Positions 13,201 to 23,600 of a DNA stretch of 55,768 nucleotides are shown one piece after another. The translations under genes were made by a program, and so were the position numbers. Numbering within the stretch: the first letter of the stretch is position 1; each line of letters begins with the position of its first letter. Source of the stretch: a bacterium (GTDB lineage: Bacteria; UBA9089; CG2-30-40-21); assembly GCA_018814245.1 (NCBI GenBank), contig JAHIZN010000456.1, positions 1 through 55,768 on the forward strand, read 5' to 3'. Under the pieces are notes generated by a model, which made no database searches, was not told the DNA's origin, and saw only the letters and a program-made list of their open reading frames with translations.

Positions 13201-16200
13201 TTGCCGCTAATCGTTACCATCGTACCAACCGTGCCAATTGAAGGCTGAACGCTTACAACCTGAGGTGCGATGCAGAAGCTATTGACCGCTGAGCTTATAC
13301 CTCTGGCTGTAATGGTAGTTGTACCGTATCGTTGCATATCAACCGTAAATGAAGCTGTAAATGAGCCGTACTCATCGGCAACTGTGTTAGCTATGCTGAC
13401 ATTAGTACCAAACGCCACAGCAATACTATCCATTTCTGCATAACCTGTACCTTGAATGGTTATATTCATACCAATCGTACCAACTGAAGGCCGAACACTT
13501 ACAACCTGCGGCGTGATGAAAAATGTATTGACAGCCAAACCTGAACCACTAACAATAATGCTTGTTGTGCCATACGCCTGAGTATTAACCGTAAAGCTGG
13601 TTGTAAATGTCCCATCACTTCCGGCAATACCTGTGGCAATACTCTCTGTTCCGCCAAAGGAAACCTGTACAGACTCTCCTTGCCCATAGCCTGTACAACT
13701 AATCGTAACGATGCTGCCTACCGTACCCTGAGACGGTACAACACTTACCACCTCTGGCTCTATCCTGAACCATATTTGTGGTGACAGATTTGTTGTCTGT
13801 CCAATAGCAGTAATGGTCGTTGACCCAAACGATTGTGTATCAATATTAAATGTTGTTGAGAATATCCCCTCAGATGATGCTTGCGTCTCTGCTATCTCAG
13901 ATGTATGCCCAAGGTTTAATTTTATTATCTCCTCACTGCCAAACCCATTACCCTCTACGGTTACTGTTGTTCCAACCGTTCCATGTTCTGGTACAACGCT
14001 GGTAATCTTTGCCCCAACACCAAATACCCGGGTATATGGATGTTGTGTAATTACACCAGCAGCCGTAACCATCACGGTCAACACAGACTGCGGATTGGTA
14101 GTAAACACTGCGGTAAATGTACCCATTGCTGTGGACTGAGCAAGGACTATACTCTTGGTTGTACCAAAATCTATTCCTATATTCTCAAGCCCACCATAAC
14201 CATTACCCGTTATTGTTACGAATGTCCCAACCGTACCCTCTGTTGGGGTAATATCAATAGCTGTAATAATCTTAAACTCCTTGAAGCTGTTGATATAGTT
14301 ACCCGCATTCCTGCTTGTGGCAACCACACTCGTTGTCCCAAAACTTTGAGTATTCACGGTAAATATTGTTGTAAAGGTACCCTGACCGCTTGCCACAACC
14401 GTTGTCATGGTATTTGTAATACCAAGGCTGATTCGTACCGTATTTGTCCCGCCATACCCAGTGCCGCTAATGGTTACCAGACTGCCAACCGTACCGGTTG
14501 TCGGTATCACGCTGACAACATTTGGCAGGATGCGGAATATATTTGTTGCCACGCTCACACCACTTGCAATAATGGTTGTTGTACCATAGCGTTGTGTGTC
14601 AATTGTAAAGCTGCTGGTAAATGAGCCATAGTTACCGGCAACTGCCTGCTGAATACTAACATTGGTGCCAAAGGCAATGGTAACAACATCACCTGAGCCA
14701 TACCCTGTGCCTGAAATCATTACTATTGTGCCAACCGTGCCAGCTGTTGGCATCACGCTGATTACCTGCGGCAGGATGCGGAACACATTCGTGGCAACAC
14801 TTACACCGCTTGCCACAATCGTTGTTGTGCCAAACGCCTGAACATCAACCGTAAAGCTGCTGCTAAATGAGCCATCTATGCTCGCTGCTGCTGTCTGGAT
14901 ATTGGACTTGGTGCCAAAGGCAACAGTCACTACATCGCCCGATGCATAACCTGTGCCTGAAATTATTACTATTGTACCCACCGTGCCAGCTGTTGGCATC
15001 ACGCTCACAACCTGTGGCTGAATGCAGAATACATTCCTTGCCACACTCACACCACTTGATGTAATGGTTGTTGTCCCAAACGCCTGAACATCAACCGTAA
15101 ACGCTGTTGTAAATGAGCCCTGTTGACTGGCAACCGTTGTTTGGATGCTGGCATTAGTACCAAAGGCAACGCTCACAGCATCCCCCTCGCCGTAGCCTGT
15201 GCCTTCAATTGTTATCACTGTACCAACGCTTCCCTGTGCTGGTGTAACACTGAATACCTGCGGCAGAATGTGGAAGACATTGACCGCTGAGCTTACACCA
15301 CTTGATGTAATGGTTGTCGTTCCATACCGTTGGACATCAACCGTAAAGTTGGCAGTGAATGACCCCTGCTGACTGGCAACTGCTGTCTGGATGCTCGCAT
15401 TGGTACCAAAGGCAATGGTCACAGCATCACCTGCTGAATAACCTGTGCCTGAAATCGTTACCACTGTACCAACGCTTCCCTGTGGAGGCATTACGCTGAC
15501 AAGCTGTGGCTCTATTCGGAATACCTTCATCGGCTGTTGATTACTCTCCAGACCACAAGCTGTTACGGTCGTTGTCCCATAGATTTGAGTATTCACTGTA
15601 AACACTGCCGAGAATGTACCGGCAAGAGCTGCTTGTACCTGAGTTATACTCATGGTAGAACCAAGATCTATCCTGACCATTTCCTCGCCGCCAAACCCAT
15701 CACCAATAACAGTAACCAATGTCCCAACCGTTCCATGATCAGGTACAATGCTTGCAATCTTGGCACTTACCCCAAACAATCTTTGATACGGATACTGTGT
15801 GTTTAATCCTGTGGCTACAACTATTGACATCCCTGCCCGCTGTGGATTGCTCATAAATACTGTTGTAAATGTTCCCATAGCAGAGGTATGAGCAATAACA
15901 ACACTCTTTGTTGTTCCAAAGTCAATCTTTACATCCTCATCTGAGCCATAACCATCTCCGTTTACAACTACATATGTACCTACTGTACCCTCGCTGGGTG
16001 TGATGTAGATGGCTGTCGTAATCCTGAACCTATTGTATTGAGTAACCGGCATACCAGATTGATCCCTGCTGACAACGCTGGTAGCTGTTATACTTGTTGT
16101 CCCAAAGCTTTGCGTATCAACAGTAAACATAGCCGCAATCGTACCATTTTCAGATGTCTGTCCAATAACTATGCTTAATGTCTTGCCAAAGTCAATCCGT

Positions 16201-19200
16201 ACAACCTCACTTGCCCCATAACCACTGCATGTTACGCTAACCATTGTCCCAACTGTCCCGGAGATGGGTGTAATGCTCACCACCTCTGGCATGATATAGA
16301 ATGTGTTATCCGCTGCATGTTGTGTGACAATACCTGTTGCCCTTATGGTTGTTGTAGCATACCGTTGTGTATCAACTGTGAACATCACAGTAAATGTACC
16401 ATCACTGCCTGCCACACCAGTAGCAATGCTATCAGTCTTGCCAAACCCAATCTGCACAGCCTCACCTGAGCCATAACCACTGCATCTTATGATCACAAAT
16501 GTCCCTACCGTACCAAGGGATGGTGTTACGCTGATTACCTCTGGGGTAATATAGAAGATATTCTCTGCTACGGCACTGCTGTCCAAGCCTGTGCCGGTAA
16601 TGCTCTTAGTACCATAATGCTGTACATCTACCACAAATACGGTCGTAAATGTACCATCCTTATCTGTCATTCCAATTATCATGCTTTGAGTCTTGCCAAA
16701 GTCAACCCTGACACTTTCTAATCCTGCATACCCACTGCAGGAAATAGTCACATATGTCCCTACTGTACCAAGGGATGGCTTGATGCTAATTATTTGCGGT
16801 ATAATACAGAATGTTCTTGTTGTCAGATATTGCGTCTGTAATCCCTGGGCAGTGATGGTCTTTGTCCCATACCGCTGGGTGTCAACCGTAAACACCAAGC
16901 TATATGTGCCATTGTTGCTTGAAGTGCCAGAAACCCTGCCAACTGTCAGCCCAAAGTCCACATTTATGGCTTCACTGACACCATAACCACTGCCAATCAT
17001 GGTCACAAATGTCCCAACGCTGCCCCTGTCAGGGACAACGCTTACTATCTCTGGTATAATATAGAATGTTGTGCTCCTTGCATCCCTTGTTGTCATGCCC
17101 TCAACCACAATTGTTCTGGTGGCATAGCTCTGAGTATCAATCGTAAACACTACGGTAAATGTTCCATCCTCGCTGGCAAGTGGGGTGGCTATGCTGGATG
17201 TTTGTCCAAAATCAACCCATACAATCTCGCCTGAGCCATAGCCTGTGCAAGCAACTGTCACAAATGTCCCGACGCTGCCCATTGTCGGTGTCATGCTCAC
17301 TATTTCAGGCAGAATAAAGAGCGTGTTGGTCGCTGGATGCAGACTATTTACACCCTCAACCACAACTGTCTTGGTTGCATAGCCTTGTGTATCAATTGTA
17401 AACACTACGGTGAATGTCCCATCCCCGCTTGCCGCACCAGCTGCTATACTCACGGCATTGCCAAGATCAAGACGCAATGCCTCACTTTCGCCATAGCCTG
17501 TACCGCTAACTGTAACAGGTGTACCAACGCTGCCACTTGTTGGTACTACACTTACTACCTGCGGGGTAATATAGACGCTGCTATCTATCGGGTACCTGCT
17601 GGTTACACCAATAACAGTCAGTGTCTGTGTCCCATATCTCTGTGAATCAATGGTAAAGGTAGTGGTAAATGTTCCGCTGCTGCTTGCCATAACTTTGATA
17701 ATATCCACTGTCTTGCCAAGTGTCAGGCTTACTTCCTCACCAGCACCATAACCATCACACCCTACGGTGACAATAGTTCCTACTGTACCCATGATTGGTG
17801 TTACGCCAAGTATCTTTGGTGTAATATAGAATGTATTCTCTGCCTGAGCCTTGCTTGTCACACCCTGAGCAACAATACTCTGTGTTCCATAACCCTGCTT
17901 ATCAATCGTAAAGCTTGTGGTAAATGTTCCGTCAACACTGGCTGTAGCAGCAACTATAGTTATTGTTTTGCCAAAGTCAATCCGTACTCGCTCACCTGAA
18001 CCATATCCACTGCAGGTAATGGTAACATCTGTTCCAACCGTACCGATATTGGGTACAACACTGATTATTTCTGGAATAATACAATATGTCTTGGTTAGCC
18101 TATATCTGGTCTCAACACCCTCAACCGTTATGGTCTTTGTCCCATATCTCTGGATATCAACGGTAAAGGTGACGCTGAATGTTCCGTCGCTGCTTGTCAA
18201 TGGCTGCAGGAGATTTACTGTCTGACCAAAGTCAATCTGTGCCTTCTCGCCTGCACCATAGCCGCTGCCAACTACAGTCACGATACAACCAACAGTCCCT
18301 CTGATTGGTGTTACGCTGACTATTTCTGAAACAATGCAGTAATCATTAGAAAGTACCTGACCGGTTGTCAGCCCTGTTACCACTACTGACTTTGTTCCAT
18401 AAGTTTGAGTGTCAACGGTGAACACTATTGTAAATGTACCATCAATACCGGCACTGCTCACTACAATATTTGCAGTCTTGCCAAAGTCAACCTTTACCTG
18501 CTCACCTGTTCCATAACCAGTACAATCCACTGTTACTCTTGTCCCAACGCTGCCCTTATTCGGTGTCAGGCTTACTATCGCCGGCAGGATAAAGAACCTG
18601 CTTGTAGATACCTGTCCACTGACCACACCGATAGCTGACACGCTGGTTGTCCCATAAGCCTGTGAATCAATTGTAAATGTTGTTGTAAACAACCCTAATG
18701 CACTTGCCTGTATATCGGTAATGGTCATTGTCTTGCCAAGAGTTATTCGAACAAGCTCACTATCATCATAACCGCTGCCATTTGCCGTGACTATTGTTCC
18801 AATTGTGCCAGCCTCTGGTGAGATGAACAAGCCGCTGACAATGGTAAAGTGTTCATACGCCTTCTCACCAAACTCAACACCGCAAGCAACAATTGTCTTG
18901 TCCCCTGTTGGCTGCTTGTCAACCGTAAACACTGCTGTAAATGCACCCCATCTGCTTGCTGTCACCGTGGTAATGGTTGTTGTCTGCCCAAACCCAACCC
19001 TCACCTGTTCGCTTAAGCCATAACCATTGCCAGTGATGGTTATACTGGTGGTAACAATCCCTGACCTTGGGACAATGGAGGTGATGTTTGGCTCGATATG
19101 GAAGTACTTCCTGTCCATCTCACCACTGCTTGCACCTGTAGCCACAATGCTTGTTGTGCCATAGGGCTGGACATCAATGGTCAAACTGGCTGTAAATGCC

Positions 19201-20663
19201 CCGGCATAACTGCTCATGGTTGTTGTCATGGAACTAATCTCGCCCAGACCTATCCTCACAGCCTCACTTTCTCCATAACCGTCACCAGCTACTGTTACAA
19301 GTGTCCCCACTGTACCAGATGTTGGTGTTACATTCACAATATGGGAGTAAATAATCACTATCCTTTGATTTGTCTCACCACTCCTTACACCAGTTACAAT
19401 TACAGTAGTTGTGCCAGCTGGTTGGACATTAACCGTAAAGGTTGCCTCAAAATACCCTGTGGACATTGTGGTTACCGTACCAATCGGTTTTGTCCAGCCA
19501 AAGTCAAGCCTCACCTGCTCACTTGAACCATAACCTGTGCCAGCAACACTAATCATTGTCCCAACCGTTGCCCTTATTGGTGTTATCCTGATAATCTCAC
19601 TGTAGATAACCATGCTGTCTGCGTCAAACCCAAAACTATCATTGGCAACAATACTTGCTGTCCCTGCCGGCTGTGTGTTCACCGTAAAGGTTGTTGAGAA
19701 TGAACCAGTCACATCTGTACTTGTATTATTGATCCCCTGTGTTGTCCCAAGGTCAACCCTTATTGGACAATTCCCCACAAACCCATTGCCCTTCAGGATA
19801 ATCATTGTCCCAACCGTTGCCCTTGTTGGTGTTACAAGCGTAATCTCCGGCACAATCACAAAGCCCTTAAGATCAACCTCATTGGTATTTAAGCCTGTGG
19901 CAATAATGGTAGTCATTCCTCTTGGCTGTGTATTAACCACAAATGTCGCTGCAAATGTACCAAATTCTGTTGTTTCAATACTGCCAATGGATGCTGTTAT
20001 CCCAAAGCCTATCTGTACAACCTCTCCTGCCCCATACCCATCACCATGAATACTAACCGTACTCCCAACCGTACCAGATGTTGGCACTGGCTGATATATC
20101 TTGGCATCAATATAGAATTGCTTATAAGCCTCTACCACTGTATCCCTGACCGTTACGGTTGTTGTTCCTGACACTTGGGTATCAACCACAAACATGGCTG
20201 TAAATGTTCCATAAGCTGTCGGTGCAATTGGTCCCTGAACATTCGGGCTTAGACCAAAATCAATCCAGAGATCATCATTATCCGGCATACCAGATGCCTT
20301 AATTGTTACTGGTGTACCTACTGTGCCTGTTGTTGGAGTAATTGCGACCACCTCAGGCAGTATCATCAAATAGCCAATACCCTTTTCAGGTGTCGCAGTA
20401 CCAACACCAGTAATCGTTCTGATGCCATAAGCCTGCTCATCAACAATAAAGGTTACCACAAATGAGCCGTCTGCATTACTGCTTGTCCCGGCAATCGATT
20501 GATTTGTCCCAAAGATGATATTAATGCTATCATTTGCCGCAAATCCATCACCATCAATGGTAATTACTGTCCCTACTGTTGCTGCCTCTGGTGTTACCCA
20601 TGCAATATGTGGAAGGATAACAAACGATGTTGACAGCGAGACACCAGATGGTATGCTTGTTAC
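1..20663 (-). CDS. Literal open segment 2 of the giant gene (C-proximal part). It has 6,887 codons from just after TAA (complement of 20664-20666) to the left window edge. No stop is reached, so the 3' end lies outside the window.
   Basis: The main frame resumes the repeat register at 20639 (SLSTSFVILPHIAWVTPEAATVGTVITIDGDGF...). It was verified at every F-x-V-D and G-x-V-G motif down to position 36. The first in-frame GTG is at about 20459 and the first ATG at about 20370, where a gene caller might place an artificial start. Confidence 0.8.
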
Positions 20664-23600
20664 CTTAACAGTAGTTGTGCCATAAACTTGAGTATTAATT
20701 ACAAACGGTGCGGCAAATGAGCCGTTATCACCAGAGAATACTTGAGTAATCGTACCGGTTGTGCCAAAATCAACGATGATAACCTCACCAGATGGATAAC
20801 CAGTGCCCCAAACCATGGCCACCTGTCCTACTGTTCCGGCACCAGGTGTTACACCAATCAAAGGCATAATGGTAAAGCTGTTTGTTGCTGACTGATTTGA
20901 ATTTAGACCCAGAGCAGTAATTACTGTCTGCCCTATTGGCTGTGAATCAATCATAAAGCTTGCTGCAAACCGGCCATCACTGCTTGACTCAAATATGGGT
21001 ATATCATTGTTTGTCCCAAAGGTAATCCATAATGATTCACTGACACCATACCCATTACCAGCTACCGTTACCATTGAGCCTACTGTACCTGATAATGGCG
21101 AAACCATAGTAATATTTGATATAATATTAAATGCTGCCCAACTGACATTATTTGATACACCACCTGTGGCTGCAATCGTTCGGATACCGCAGGGCTGGAC
21201 ATCAACCGTAAATCCACTATTAAACACACCCATACCATTTGCCTGAACTATTGAGATACTTCTTGTCCAGCCAAAGGCAATCTCAATGGTCTCACTTGGC
21301 AGATAGCCATTACCCGTTAGATTAATTGTTGTCCCCACCGTACCCGTGGTTGGAGAATACTCTGCAATCTTGCTTGTAATCAGGAAGCTGTTAGCAAATA
21401 CCTGTTTAGAGTTTATTCCAGTTACGGTTATGGTTGTCCTGCCGGCTGGCTGCACATCAACACTAAAGGCTGTGGCAAATGTCCCGCGATCATTGGTATT
21501 TGCTGTCATAATGGATGCGGTTGTTCCAAAGTCAACCCTGACACACTCCATATAACCCCATCCATTACCGCTGACAGCTATCATCTGCCCAACCGTCCCA
21601 GAAAGCGGTGAGATAAAGGTTTGCGGTATAATACCAAACACACAAATAGCCACCCTAACCGGGCTGCCGGCACTAAGACCCGTGCCAATAATGGTTGTTG
21701 TGCCATAGCCTTGAGTATCAACCGCAAAGACTGACTCAAAGCTGCCAACACTATTTGCATAGACCGTGGCTATGGGCTTTAACGACCCAAAGTCAACCCT
21801 TACTCGCTCATTCGCCCGATACCCGGTGCCACTTACGGTTACCATTGTTCCAATCGTACCCATACTTGGTGTAATAACTACCTTGGGTGTAATAATAAAG
21901 TAACCATAATCAACACACCCCGTAGAAAGCCCGGCAGCAGTGATGGTCTTGGAGCCAAAGAACTGCTCTGTAGTCGTAAACACGGCGATAAATAATCCAT
22001 TCTGTCCAACCGTCACCTGCGTAATGGTTGGGGTTGTGCCCAAGCCAATAGACACTGTTTCACTGCTGCCATAGCCATTACCCCTCAGCTCAACCTGACA
22101 GCCAACCGTACCATTGTTTGGTGTTACAAGTATAATCCTCTGGGTAATAACAATCTTCTGAATGCCTGATAGTCCTGACTTCATCCCCAATACCTGAACG
22201 GTTGTTGTTCCATACGATTGAGTATCAATGGTAAATACAGCACTAAACACACCGGCATTAGCCTGAACCGTGGCAATCATCTGGCTTGTACCAAAGTTTA
22301 CTCTCACCATCTCTGTGGCATTATAACCATCACCATTGACTGATACATAACTGCCTACCGTACCACTCGATGGACTGATAGCAGCAATTCGAGCCTTGAC
22401 CAAGAAGGTAGATTCCTTACTCTCAGCTGTATTTGCCCCGCGGGCTGTAATCGTCTTTGTTCCGCCGGGTTGTGCCCTGACCATAAACACAGTCGTAAAG
22501 CTGCCAGCATTATCCGTCTTAACCTGCGACTCTGGATAAACATCAAAGTATATGCTTACATCCTCTCCTTGTCCATATCCATTGCCAAGCACGGTTATTA
22601 TGGTTCCAATGGTACCATCTTTTGGCGAAACATCTGTAACATTCCCACGGATAAAGAAGCTGCCATACCTTGGAATCCTTGAGCCTGTTCCCTCAGCTAC
22701 AACTGTTGTTGCCCCATAAACATGGGTATCTATGGTAAAGTCTGCCACAAAGGCACCGCTGTTATCGGTTGAGACAACTGCCCGGCTAACATAATTGCCA
22801 AAGTCAACCCTGATGACCTCACTTGCCCAATAACCGCTGCCGCATACCCTTACCATTGACCCAACCGAGCCCTGTAATGGTGTTACAGCATCCATCCTTG
22901 GTACAATAGTAAACACCCTGGTTGAATCCATTTCACCTGAGGTCATGCCATAGGCAGTTACTGTTTTTGGACCGCTTGGCTGGGTATCAATGGTAAAGGT
23001 AAACCCAAACACACCATCACTTGAAACAATACCCATACACCTGGTTATGGTATCACCCAGGCTAATCCTGATATCCTCGTTTGCCTCATAGCCATTACCA
23101 TTGATAAATACCGCTGTTCCCACCGTACCATCAACTGGTGTCATGGACAGGACATTAGCCTTGATATAGAACCCGCCGATCAGATCCTGCGGAGACTCTG
23201 AGGCAATTACCTCAACTGTGGTTGTGCCTGCTGCCTGGGTATTAATTGTAAAGCATGTTGTAAACTCACCGCAAGTGTTTGCATTTGTATTAATTATTGA
23301 CTGAGTACCAAAGAGGAACTCAATTCTTTCATCTGCTGTAAACCCATTACCCGTTACCGTAACTATACTCCCAACCGTACCAAACGACGGCACAATATTC
23401 GTAATATTGCCCTTAACAAGTAAGCTGTCTGTCTCTGTCGCCTGACTATCTATGCCTGTAGCCACCACACTGGCCACACCATAAGGCTGAATATCAATGG
23501 TAAATGTCTGCTCAAACCCGCCGCGATAATCTGTTACCACATTGGTTCTGCTCGTTGTCAGGCCAAAGTCTATCCTCACTATCTCGGAAGCTGCATAGCC

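Noticed and set aside
11600-13760. Diversity-generating-retroelement style targeted hypervariation among near-identical units.
   Set aside because: The mismatches I counted between adjacent units are a mix of transitions and transversions at all four bases, not adenine-specific. No reverse transcriptase or template repeat is present in the window.
20637-20942. Programmed ribosomal frameshifting (+1 then -1) as the explanation for the out-of-frame module.
   Set aside because: There is no slippery heptamer (X-XXY-YYZ), no known +1 site of the CUU-UGA-C type and no obvious downstream structure at either junction. Requiring two opposite shifts for one ordinary module out of 218 is implausible. 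It remains testable by peptide evidence.
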